Origin: a virus
Direction: 5' to 3' (one strand)
Virus record (IMG/VR): IMGVR_UViG_3300027811_000003
Location: 49,290-113,289 of that record
Length of the DNA stretch: 64,000 nucleotides
Shown here piece by piece: positions 17,512 to 26,681 of the stretch (position 1 is the first letter of the stretch; each line of letters opens with the position of its first letter). A program made the translations under genes and the position numbers. The notes under the pieces are model-generated. The model worked only from the letters and a program-made list of their open reading frames with translations. It searched no databases and was not told the origin of the DNA.

Positions 17512-18396
17512 TTACGCTCCGTCGACGAGGTCTTCGAAAGCTTCGTCGATAGATCGAGTTCCGGAAACCTTTGCGTTCTCTTTCGTGTTTGGCTTCGCGT
17601 CAGCCTTCTTCTCGTACTTCTCGTTGCCGGGAGCAGTGTCTGTCGTCTCGGGCTTCGCGTTTCCGACGAACTTCTGAAGCAGCTTGTCTACCTCTTCAGA
17701 CTTGACTTCAGGAAAGACCTCAGAAAGCTTCTTGACAGAAGACAAAATTCCCTGAGTGAGATCATCGTTCTTCGCGAGAAGAGACGACTTGATGCGACCC
17801 TTGATCTCGATGACAGTGAAGTTCTTCGTGTTTCCCTTTTCGTTTGGCTTCTTGAACGAGACCTGGATGTCGTATCCCTTCTTCACGTCGTAAAGGATGC
17901 GAAGCGCTTCCTTGTCGTCCTTCTGGAGGCCGAGTTCCTCGAGGCGGTCACCGTCCATGCACACGTCAAGCACCTGACCGACCTGAGCTGAAGTCATGCC
18001 CCACCACTTAGCCTTGTTACCGTCGGGCTTGCCTTCGACGCCGCGCTCGATCACTGGAGCAAAAATGCGTGGCTTCGACTGGATCTTCTTGAAAATCTCG
18101 AAGTCTGCCTTCCTTGCGTTTTCTGGTTTGTCGTTTCCGTCGGGACCCTTCCACGCCTTGAGCAAATCTGCGAAGTCGCAAATCGTGCAAGGCTTTCCGA
18201 AATTTGCCTTTGGACAAAGAATCGGGGTCATACCCGCGATCTCGTAGTGAAAGTGAAGCTCCTGAAACAGGTCTGCGCAGTACGGATTCTGCACGAATCT
18301 GACCTGATGTTCGTCCTTGGGCTTCCAAACGTTTTCGTTAGACCCTGCTTTGTTGTTAAGCTGTGTCAATCTCTCTTTGAGTTCTTTGATGTTCAT
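17512..18396 (-). CDS. Single-stranded DNA-binding protein (gp32-like)
   Basis: WKP, HFHY, CPKANFGKPCTIC zinc site, GYDI, acidic tail IDEAFEDLVD; close to recA. Confidence 0.85.
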   Translation of the reverse strand: MNIKELKERLTQLNNKAGSNENVWKPKDEHQVRFVQNPYCADLFQELHFHYEIAGMTPILCPKANFGKPCTICDFADLLKAWKGPDGNDKPENARKADFEIFKKIQSKPRIFAPVIERGVEGKPDGNKAKWWGMTSAQVGQVLDVCMDGDRLEELGLQKDDKEALRILYDVKKGYDIQVSFKKPNEKGNTKNFTVIEIKGRIKSSLLAKNDDLTQGILSSVKKLSEVFPEVKSEEVDKLLQKFVGNAKPETTDTAPGNEKYEKKADAKPNTKENAKVSGTRSIDEAFEDLVDGA

Positions 18397-18456
18397 TTAG
18401 TGTGCTTTCCTTTTCTCTTTTCCTACGTTTTACGACGTTATAAATAAGCCTTCGAA

Positions 18457-19002
18457 TCACGTCATTTTTGCAAACTTATGATGAGTAAGGCTTATCTTTT
18501 TAAATAGATAGGGATTCTTCTTGCGTAACTTTTTCTTCGCTTTCTCGTCACCGAAGTAGAACACCTCGTTGCCGCACGCCCAGTACTCTCCAACGTCTTT
18601 TCTAGAGTAACCGTCAGACATGAACTTCGCCTTTTTCGTTTTCTCCCTCACCAATCTCTCGTCTGACGTTATGTCTTCAGAGAAGTCGACGTGGTGAGCG
18701 AGTTCGTGAACGAGTATCTTCGCAGCGTTTCTCATGCCTTCTTTCGTCGTAGAGACGCGGATCACGCCGTTCAAGTACTCGCCGACGTCTTTAGTCATGC
18801 GAGTGAACGTCACTTCTCTCAAACCGCTAGAATATGCTATCGGAACCTGCGCGTCTTCCATCTCAGACATCAGTCGCGCGATGAACATGTCCTTGACTTC
18901 ACGAATCATGTTCACTTTTTTGCCAAAAGTCACAAGCGTGAGATGTCCGTTTATCAACTCAAACTTGTCATCGTCGACGAACAAAACGTTCCACGAAAAC
19001 AT
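18457..19002 (-). CDS. Zincin metallopeptidase-like protein
   Basis: LVHELAHHVD...YSRKDVGEYWA (HExxH plus downstream Glu). Confidence 0.65.
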   Translation of the reverse strand: MFSWNVLFVDDDKFELINGHLTLVTFGKKVNMIREVKDMFIARLMSEMEDAQVPIAYSSGLREVTFTRMTKDVGEYLNGVIRVSTTKEGMRNAAKILVHELAHHVDFSEDITSDERLVREKTKKAKFMSDGYSRKDVGEYWACGNEVFYFGDEKAKKKLRKKNPYLFKKISLTHHKFAKMT

Positions 19003-19014
19003 TGATGCCTCTTT

Positions 19015-19773
19015 TCACGCTTTGTTTACGACGTACTTCGCAGTTCCAAGAGAAATTCTGTTGAACGTCAGATACCTATCGATTTCGTTTTTCGTGATCA
19101 TGGCGTATCCATCGTCAGCGTTAACGAGAATCAAGCCAGCGACTTCGTCAAACGCACGTGACGGCTTGGCCAAGTTTTCCCACGCGATCTTTAGTAACAA
19201 CGAAGATTCAGGAGTCAACGTCTCAACGATCTTGTGCAAACCGATCGGGTACTTCTTGCTGCCGTAAAACGCTCCTGCAGAAAATTCTCCGATGAGAAGC
19301 GACAACTTCATCTTTTCGAGCTCGACAAGAACAAAATCGCGCTCGAAGCCAGCGTACGTTTTGCTTTCAGAAAATCTGACGTTCGTGCACGCTTCGACGA
19401 TGAAGCACCTTAGAACATCGGTAAGATGACCTATCGCTTTCTTTCCGTCCCTGCCCGACCTGACTTCGTCAGACTTTCTGCTTATCTTCTTCACTTCCCA
19501 CTTCGTTGACAAAGTCACGCCGTCATCGATCACCAAGTCAAACGTAGAAGAGTATCCACCAGTTTTTTCGTGTTTTGCTCCGAGCTCTGCGATAACCTTT
19601 TCTTCGCCGTCTCCTATCCCGCTCCTGACAGAGCTGAACGGGATCGTTTCAGACTTAGACGAAAACGGGATCCAGTAACGCGGCGGCAAAAGCAAACTTT
19701 CCTTGACTGTCATTTTTCCTCCGGAAGAGATCCAGACCCAAATATTCTCAATCTGCTTAATTGGTTTTGCCAC
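19015..19773 (-). CDS. Putative PD-(D/E)XK nuclease
   Basis: GDGE...STFDLVI...KWEVKK catalytic-like spacing. Confidence 0.5.
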   Translation of the reverse strand: MAKPIKQIENIWVWISSGGKMTVKESLLLPPRYWIPFSSKSETIPFSSVRSGIGDGEEKVIAELGAKHEKTGGYSSTFDLVIDDGVTLSTKWEVKKISRKSDEVRSGRDGKKAIGHLTDVLRCFIVEACTNVRFSESKTYAGFERDFVLVELEKMKLSLLIGEFSAGAFYGSKKYPIGLHKIVETLTPESSLLLKIAWENLAKPSRAFDEVAGLILVNADDGYAMITKNEIDRYLTFNRISLGTAKYVVNKA

Positions 19774-22700
19774 AACTCTTTTGACTTCGGATCGACGCTG
19801 TTTTTAAACGAAGAAACGGCTGAAGATCCTGCGCTTTGACCGACGTGAGCGTTGCCCAATCCAACGAACGGACCGATCTCGTTGATGACGTTCTCTACCA
19901 CTTTCTCCACCAACGCGCTGTTCCTGAGCTTGGCATATACGTCTTCGAAGTCTTCTGAGTTAGACACGAGGTGAGGGTCCATGAAACGCTTGAACGTTTG
20001 TCTGTTGTCGTACACCAAAGCTTTCTTGACTTCAGATCCCTTGACGCCGCCAACGTCTGTGTAGTTCTTCGCGTCGTTGAGCGCCACGACTGAAGCGAGC
20101 GAAGGATCTAAACCGCCGTCTTCTCGATCGAGTCTTTCCAGCTGTTGCTTCAACGTGTCTACGAGATCGATCGGAACGACGAAGTTGACAGCAGTGTCTG
20201 CTTCCACAGTCGAACTCGAGTCGTGAACAAGCTTCGACACGAACTGCGCGAACTCTTGACCTTGATCGCTCTTCTCGTGCAACTCGAACTTCGACATCAC
20301 GTCAGGCAACGACTTCTTTATCATCTCACTTTGCAAATCGAAGTCAAGCGCTGGAGCGACTGAGTCGACGATAAGCACGACTTTGTTGAACTTGGACGCG
20401 AGTCGTCTCAAAACATCTGCGTGACCTCGGTGAAATGGATTAAACGAACCTATAGTAACGGCCACCTTGTCCGCCCTAGCTTCGCAGACGACGCGCCGAA
20501 TGGTTTCGAACACATTCTTGTTCAATTCCATGGACTCAAGACGCTGCGGTAACGCACCGGGCGACTTGGTGTCTCCACCCAGGTCGACAAGCACGAGGTC
20601 TTTCCCACGTTTCATGAAGTTGTCAACGTGGACGTCTCTGTAAACTATGCTGTTGCTTTTCAGCTCTTTCATCAACTCGTCGAAGCCCAAGCTCTCTAGA
20701 TCTGCAAAATGCGTTTGTGCTTCTGCTATTTCTTCTCCTTCGACGTTTGACATCGCCTTCGCCTTTATGGCTTCCCAGCTTTGCGACCATATGTTGTCGG
20801 TGATCTTGAACTCTTTCGAATACGTTTTGTTCAGTATGAACGATATTCCCTTTGACAACTTGAACAGCTCTTGGTCTGGAAGAGGAGCAAGCTTTTCCTC
20901 GACGACGCAGTACCAATCGACTTTTTGCTGAGCTTGTTTTGGCAAGTAAAACACGTTAAACACTTTGACTATGTGTTTGAGTCTCTTGCCCTTCACGAAG
21001 TTGCTAGTCTTCGCGTCAGACAAGTCAGTGGTTAACTTCACCGCGATTCCAGGGCCAGATTCAAACACGACTCCGCTCACGCCGTGTCCCAACATCTTTC
21101 CTATCTTGATGTGTTGTCTCAGAAGTTGTTGGCCGTAATTCGTCAAGACTGGATGGACGTCGAGACGTTTTGGAATCGCAGCTTCGTCGACTCCTTTGAT
21201 AGTTCCACCTCTGACAGATGAACCGCCGAGGTCAGACAGCACAAACGTGTCACCACGTTTCATGATGTTGCCACCGTGCCAGTCGTTGTACCTTATTCCG
21301 AGAGACCTGAGATCGTTCTGAATGTCGTTGAAGTTGAACTTCTGAAGTACGTCTAAATCGTCTTCAGCATACGCTGAATTAAATTCGCCAGCCTCGCCCT
21401 CAGTGCTGTTTGGTCCTAGTTCAGAACCAGTCAGCGGAGTCAGCTTCTCCATCACGATTCCGTAAAGATCGTAGTGCTGTCCGCCGCGATACACGAACTT
21501 AAACACGTCGAACACTTTTACCATGCGTTTGAGGTTCTTGCTCTTGATTTTCAGCGCAAGCAACGCGTCAGTCTCGTCCTCTGTGACCTTTAGAACTTTG
21601 CCGCCGCCGATGTCGAACACGATCGCCCTTGTACCCTCGCCGATTTCTTTGCCGACAGTTATGCCACGTTTCTTGAGAAGTTCTTTATCTGCTTCCAACG
21701 CGTTCTTGATGTCGTCAGCGAGAACGTATTCTACCTCTTCTGCGAGATTCGTGATGACGTTCTCCATGACGCGTTCGATCACGTCGGGTTCAGGTCCTTC
21801 AGAGTCAGAAACTCCCAAGTCTATCGCCACGAACTCGTTTCCGCGTTTCATAACGTTGCCAGAGCTGAGATCCATCCAGTCTATGTGATTTTCTCTCAGC
21901 TCGTCTAGCATCTCGAACACGCTGAACTTCGACAACGTCCTCATAGCCAACTTTGCTTCTTCTTCTTTTCCAGGGTGTGCTTGCTCCCAAGCTGAAATTT
22001 GATTTTGCACGGCCTGTTCGTCGAGCGACATCCAACGGAACTCCAAGTTTTCGCCGCACCAGCCCAAAGCGTCGTCCAAATCACGTTTGTCAGACTCAGA
22101 CATGTCTGTGACAAGTTCTTGCACGACTCCGTAATAGTGTTGATCGTGTTTGCCTTGAGCTTCTGCTGGTTGCTTGAACTTGAACACGTCGAAGATCTTC
22201 GCCACGTGTCTGAGCGACTTGCCCTTGATCGCGTTGCTAGAACGAGCTTCGGTGTCGTCGACAGTGATCTTCAGGACTTTTCCGTTTCTCAGCTTGAACG
22301 CGATGCCACGGCCGCCGTGGCCCATCTCAGATGCTACGTCGTACCCGTGTTTCTTCAAAATGGCGTCGTTTTGCGCCAAGACGTTGCCTATGCCAACAGA
22401 ATGCTTTGACTTGCCAGCTTCTCTCAAGACGCCTTCTATGATCCAGTTGTCCAACGTCGTCTCTATGGGTTCTAGACGATGAACTGCGACGTCCAATCCT
22501 TTCATCATTGGCAACGTGTCCCAGGATTTCACGTACTTCAAAGTCACATGAGGAGAATAACCGTGTCTTTCGTTCGCTTCGACTCCTATCTCCTTAAGAC
22601 GCATCGTAAGCTCAGCTTGCATGTCAGACAACGTCGGACAATCTACTGAAGCGTAGATGACGTCGGTGCCTCCTGTCTCATCAGCGCTGAACCTTCCTAT

Positions 22701-23234
22701 GCCACCGAGCTTCACTTTGAATCCAAGAGCGCCGTTTTCGAACGTGCGTTCAGTGTATTTCGCGAGAAGCTCGTTCGCTATCTCGACGACTTTCTGCTTT
22801 AATTCGGCTGGAACTGACTTCAGATACGCCACAGTGACGTGCAAGTCTACGACTTCTTCTCCGTCTGGCAACGAAATCTTTTGGCCGACGTCAGCGGGTA
22901 TCTTCAAAGCGAAAAAGAACTTTTCCTTTTCTGGAGCGATCAAATCTACCAGGTTGGCTTTGGCTAAAACGTCGAGCGTCGGCGAAGGGCCAACAACGTC
23001 TCTGTTGGAATCTCTCCTGACAACGCCGATGGACGAAGCGATTGACGAAACGAGATCGTCGACAAATGACTCCATGACGCCAGGAAATCCAGCGTTGTTG
23101 GGATCTTGTGGCTCAAACTCTTCGATGTTGTTCTTCATGTCGTCGGGAAGCGGGTACCCTGGCTTTCCCTTGCCTCCACGAAACCCCATTCCGGCGCCTG
23201 AGCCGTTGCCCGATCTAACGTTGAAGCTAGCCAT
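19710..23234 (-). CDS. Multidomain polyprotein: 2H phosphoesterase + 3 protein-kinase-like domains + HxGH nucleotidyltransferase
   Basis: HVTV/HVTL pair; three GxG..K..DxxxxN..DLG units; GSFNPFHRGH. Confidence 0.85.
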   Translation of the reverse strand: MASFNVRSGNGSGAGMGFRGGKGKPGYPLPDDMKNNIEEFEPQDPNNAGFPGVMESFVDDLVSSIASSIGVVRRDSNRDVVGPSPTLDVLAKANLVDLIAPEKEKFFFALKIPADVGQKISLPDGEEVVDLHVTVAYLKSVPAELKQKVVEIANELLAKYTERTFENGALGFKVKLGGIGRFSADETGGTDVIYASVDCPTLSDMQAELTMRLKEIGVEANERHGYSPHVTLKYVKSWDTLPMMKGLDVAVHRLEPIETTLDNWIIEGVLREAGKSKHSVGIGNVLAQNDAILKKHGYDVASEMGHGGRGIAFKLRNGKVLKITVDDTEARSSNAIKGKSLRHVAKIFDVFKFKQPAEAQGKHDQHYYGVVQELVTDMSESDKRDLDDALGWCGENLEFRWMSLDEQAVQNQISAWEQAHPGKEEEAKLAMRTLSKFSVFEMLDELRENHIDWMDLSSGNVMKRGNEFVAIDLGVSDSEGPEPDVIERVMENVITNLAEEVEYVLADDIKNALEADKELLKKRGITVGKEIGEGTRAIVFDIGGGKVLKVTEDETDALLALKIKSKNLKRMVKVFDVFKFVYRGGQHYDLYGIVMEKLTPLTGSELGPNSTEGEAGEFNSAYAEDDLDVLQKFNFNDIQNDLRSLGIRYNDWHGGNIMKRGDTFVLSDLGGSSVRGGTIKGVDEAAIPKRLDVHPVLTNYGQQLLRQHIKIGKMLGHGVSGVVFESGPGIAVKLTTDLSDAKTSNFVKGKRLKHIVKVFNVFYLPKQAQQKVDWYCVVEEKLAPLPDQELFKLSKGISFILNKTYSKEFKITDNIWSQSWEAIKAKAMSNVEGEEIAEAQTHFADLESLGFDELMKELKSNSIVYRDVHVDNFMKRGKDLVLVDLGGDTKSPGALPQRLESMELNKNVFETIRRVVCEARADKVAVTIGSFNPFHRGHADVLRRLASKFNKVVLIVDSVAPALDFDLQSEMIKKSLPDVMSKFELHEKSDQGQEFAQFVSKLVHDSSSTVEADTAVNFVVPIDLVDTLKQQLERLDREDGGLDPSLASVVALNDAKNYTDVGGVKGSEVKKALVYDNRQTFKRFMDPHLVSNSEDFEDVYAKLRNSALVEKVVENVINEIGPFVGLGNAHVGQSAGSSAVSSFKNSVDPKSKELWQNQLSRLRIFGSGSLPEEK

Positions 23235-23235
23235 G

Positions 23236-23586
23236 TCAAGACCCGCTTATTATGCCGAGCAGCGCCTTGATACCGACGCCGCTGCCGCCGAGAGCTCCGC
23301 CTGCGAGCAATATCTTCGTTGCCAGCTTGAAGTAAAACTTCGCACGTTCGTTGTCAATCTCTAACGGTTTCACCTTGTCGTTGACTTCTTTCAGACTTTC
23401 TTCTAAGAGATTCGTTCTTTTCACGTGAACTTCCAAAACGTTTTCCTGCTTCACAAGAGTGCGGTCGATCGCGTCCAACCTGTCTTCGACTTTGTCGAAC
23501 CTATTCACGATCCTGTTGTCCATGTTTTCTATGCGTTGGGACAAGTTAGAAAGCAACAACGTGATATCTGAATTTGTATTCGACAT
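23236..23586 (-). CDS. Coiled-coil protein with C-terminal TM segment (XhlA-like)
   Basis: Heptad region then hydrophobic Gly-rich C-terminus. Confidence 0.5.
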   Translation of the reverse strand: MSNTNSDITLLLSNLSQRIENMDNRIVNRFDKVEDRLDAIDRTLVKQENVLEVHVKRTNLLEESLKEVNDKVKPLEIDNERAKFYFKLATKILLAGGALGGSGVGIKALLGIISGS

Positions 23587-23593
23587 ATAGTTT

Positions 23594-24130
23594 TTACCTC
23601 GTCACACGAAAAACAGTAGACATGGCTGGAATTTTCGATTCAGAGACTGACAGCATCGACTTTTCCCAGCCGTCAGGTAGTCGCGGAATTCGTTGCGCGT
23701 CTTTCGGATTCGTAATCTCGACTGTGTAGTCAGGCTTGAAATGAAGCAAGACACCCTTGTAGTCACCTACCAAGCCAGTTTCAGAAAACTCCTTGAACAA
23801 AAGTTTCTTTTCAGACTCTGGTATCGGATACTTCTCGATGCGCAAATCGATAGCTTCGAAGTGTTTGCCCGCAGCGCTGAAGTCGGCTTCAAGATGCGGC
23901 ATCTCTTCTATCGGATCGTCGTTGAACTCTTGGACGTCAAATCCCAAGTGCTTCGTTTGGTTGTCGTCTTCTCCGAATCCGTCTTCGACATTTTCGTAAA
24001 AGTCTTTTTCTTCTTTCTTGACGTGATAAGGAAGCTTGGCTCCCTTTTTCGTGTGCTTTTCCCAACGCTTAGCCATCTTGGGATCGTGGATGTGCATCCA
24101 CGCACGTTGTGCTTTGCTCACGAATGGCAT
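23594..24130 (-). CDS. Hypothetical virion-associated protein
   Basis: N-terminal MPFVSKAQRAWM...AKRWEKHT...LP motif seen in phage head-region proteins (recall). Confidence 0.55.
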   Translation of the reverse strand: MPFVSKAQRAWMHIHDPKMAKRWEKHTKKGAKLPYHVKKEEKDFYENVEDGFGEDDNQTKHLGFDVQEFNDDPIEEMPHLEADFSAAGKHFEAIDLRIEKYPIPESEKKLLFKEFSETGLVGDYKGVLLHFKPDYTVEITNPKDAQRIPRLPDGWEKSMLSVSESKIPAMSTVFRVTR

Positions 24131-24143
24131 CTACGTCTACCTC

Positions 24144-24665
24144 TCATAATTCGTTGTGCAATGCATTTCTGTAATAAAATTTTACTTGACCAGAGTTAGT
24201 TATCAAGATCTTCAACGGATCGGGACTCTCGTTGAAAGTCAAGTTGATCTCTTGCGCACCAGGCAAAATCTTGCTCTTTGGCTCAGCAGTGACCGACTGT
24301 ATAGTCTTTCCCACTATCTCTTTCGAAATCTTGCCACCAGTTACGTCTTCTATGTCTTCTTCTGATCCAGCGACATCTTTCTCAAGATCATCGTCTGCGG
24401 GTTCGTCCTTGACGGGAAGCTCTTTCTTCTTTTCGGGAGCTTTTTCAGGTGACTTCTTTGCCGGTTCATTGACGTTTTTCTTGTCTTTAGACTTCTGCTT
24501 GTCGTTTACTTTCTCGCCGTCGTCATTGACATCATGATCATTCTCGTCGCTAGCGTCTACTACAGAAACATCGCTTTTCTTTTCAGCTTCATACAGTTCC
24601 ATCGTGTGTTTAATCAGTTCTTCTCTAATCATGTTTTCTAAAACTGATTTCTTGATTTTCATCAA
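24144..24665 (-). CDS. Putative internal head protein
   Basis: N-terminal MKIKKSVLENMIREE, acidic/Lys-rich middle; TAATTA motif upstream. Confidence 0.55.
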   Translation of the reverse strand: MMKIKKSVLENMIREELIKHTMELYEAEKKSDVSVVDASDENDHDVNDDGEKVNDKQKSKDKKNVNEPAKKSPEKAPEKKKELPVKDEPADDDLEKDVAGSEEDIEDVTGGKISKEIVGKTIQSVTAEPKSKILPGAQEINLTFNESPDPLKILITNSGQVKFYYRNALHNEL

Positions 24666-24735
24666 AGTGCTCCGGCGTAAGATGTCTAACTGTAATTATG
24701 AGAGCTGCGACAAAACTACATGTTTCGTCAAGTAA

Positions 24736-25326
24736 CTACGTTCTCTCCTGCTCACACGACCAGCGGTCTGCCCAGTGAAGCAGCAAAGCTAGTTTCGACT
24801 CTTTCATCCCGTAAATTTTGTTGGCTTCTACGTATTGACCGTCTGACAACTTGAGAGCTAGGTATTCGTCTGAGTTGAGTGACACTCCAAATCTCTGAAA
24901 AATGAAAAGCGTTCTATCTTCAGTGGAATGAATCTGACATTTTTTGTTTATCTCGTACAAAAAACCTCTCTTCCTACCATACTCGTTTTCGTTGTACACG
25001 TAATACGGTTCGACACCGTCTCCCGCTTTTCCCAAGTCATGAAACAATCCGACAAAAGCGAGAGTTTGATCATCATATTCTGAACCCACGAGAGACGCTG
25101 AAATTTTCTTCAGGTTCTTAACGACGTTAAGAGAATGAAGCAGCAATCCTCCGGCAAAGCAATTGTGAAAATCTTCTCTCGACGACGCCGGCGCCAAGAA
25201 AAATTGCTCTTGCATGTTGTCCATCAGTAACTTAACGTCTTCTTGTCTTTTTTCAGACATCGAACCGATCAACGCATTGAAAATTCTTATGTTCTTTTCA
25301 AGATCTTGTTCACTCAACGTCTTCAT
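24736..25326 (-). CDS. HD-domain phosphohydrolase
   Basis: APAS..H..GGLLLHSLNV, FHDLGK, LLHWAD. Confidence 0.88.
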   Translation of the reverse strand: MKTLSEQDLEKNIRIFNALIGSMSEKRQEDVKLLMDNMQEQFFLAPASSREDFHNCFAGGLLLHSLNVVKNLKKISASLVGSEYDDQTLAFVGLFHDLGKAGDGVEPYYVYNENEYGRKRGFLYEINKKCQIHSTEDRTLFIFQRFGVSLNSDEYLALKLSDGQYVEANKIYGMKESKLALLLHWADRWSCEQERT

Positions 25327-26650
25327 AATTTTCTCCGATCTTCATCTTTGTCACGAATCCAGTAGTTTTTTCTATTTCTTTCTTTATATCCGAAGCATGT
25401 CGAATTTCTTCTGGATGCAGATCGAAAACGACTTCATCGTACACTGTGAAAATCATCTTGCTTTTGATGTCTCTAACGATTTCGTCGGCTCGAGACAGCG
25501 CTTTTCCGAACACGAAGCTGCTAAACGTTTGTGCGTAAAGTCCTATCACTTTTCCAGGGCTGAAATCATCGTCTATTTTTATTCTGTGATAGCCTGGCGT
25601 GTCTAAAAACCCGTTTTTCTTTGACTCTGCAACCAATTCATTTCTGAAACGAATTATGGGTTCAAACAATTTGTCAAGCTTAATTAGCATTTCCTTAAGC
25701 TCAAAATGTGACAGGCCAGTAGACGCGTTTAGCGTGTCCAACGCTCCTCCATAGATGTGAGCGTAAGTGATTTTCTTTATGTCGTCTCTGAGCTTCGGAG
25801 TCACTTCTCCGAACAGTGAAGCAGTTCTGGCGTGAAAATCCAGCACGCCTGCGTAAAATCTCGTCAAGTCGCTGTCGTTGACAGCTTCTACGAGACATCT
25901 GTAGTCTATGGCGTTGAAGTCGAGAGTACATATCTTGCCGTTTTCAAACCTGCTAGTCAACACGCTCCTGCAAAATCCGTGTGGAATTGACATGCATTTG
26001 AAACCACTTTCGACTCTTATTCTCCACGTCTTAGATCCTACTGGACTCATCGCAGACTTTACAAATCCGTTTTTTTCTTGACTCTTGATGCTTCTCAAAA
26101 AGTTCGTTTCATGCATGTTTAGAGACGAATCGTTTAAACCGACAGATATCTTTTCGACATCGACTTTTATCTTCGCGTCTTCCATTCGTGAAATCACTTT
26201 GAACAACGGCCAAATTCTGTTTTTGTAGTGCTTTATGTCGTGTTCAGTTACAGATCTCAAGATCTCGCGCATCGCTTCAGCCCTAAGGCTAGCACGCTTC
26301 GACAACATTCCGTTAGGCAAAAGTTCTTCCAAACAGATAGACTCGAGATCTACATTGGCGTTTAGAAGAGCGTTAGCGTGCGCAGAAAATTTCTGTTCGT
26401 GTTTCAAAAATTCGTCCTTGCACGCCAACGCGCTTTTCTCGACGAACGAAGACAGACTGCAGTCTATGTCTAGCAACATCTTCAAGTCGAAAACTATTTC
26501 GTTGCTAACAAGTTCTACGGCTTTTCTCGCGTCAAAACACACCACGAAATCGTCAGCGTCTAGTTTGACTTGTCTGAGACTTTCGTCAAACGAAAACAAT
26601 TCTATCTTGCCAGTTTTGTCTCTGAAACCGTCGATGAACGTCAGACTCAT
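25310..26650 (-). CDS. Short, divergent family A DNA polymerase
   Basis: Motif A DFNAIDYR, DFH, motif B RDDIKKITYAHIYG, motif C VYDE. Confidence 0.8.
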   Translation of the reverse strand: MSLTFIDGFRDKTGKIELFSFDESLRQVKLDADDFVVCFDARKAVELVSNEIVFDLKMLLDIDCSLSSFVEKSALACKDEFLKHEQKFSAHANALLNANVDLESICLEELLPNGMLSKRASLRAEAMREILRSVTEHDIKHYKNRIWPLFKVISRMEDAKIKVDVEKISVGLNDSSLNMHETNFLRSIKSQEKNGFVKSAMSPVGSKTWRIRVESGFKCMSIPHGFCRSVLTSRFENGKICTLDFNAIDYRCLVEAVNDSDLTRFYAGVLDFHARTASLFGEVTPKLRDDIKKITYAHIYGGALDTLNASTGLSHFELKEMLIKLDKLFEPIIRFRNELVAESKKNGFLDTPGYHRIKIDDDFSPGKVIGLYAQTFSSFVFGKALSRADEIVRDIKSKMIFTVYDEVVFDLHPEEIRHASDIKKEIEKTTGFVTKMKIGENYEDVE

Positions 26651-26681
26651 ATGCGCCTATCGTACAACGAAACAGCAAGCT

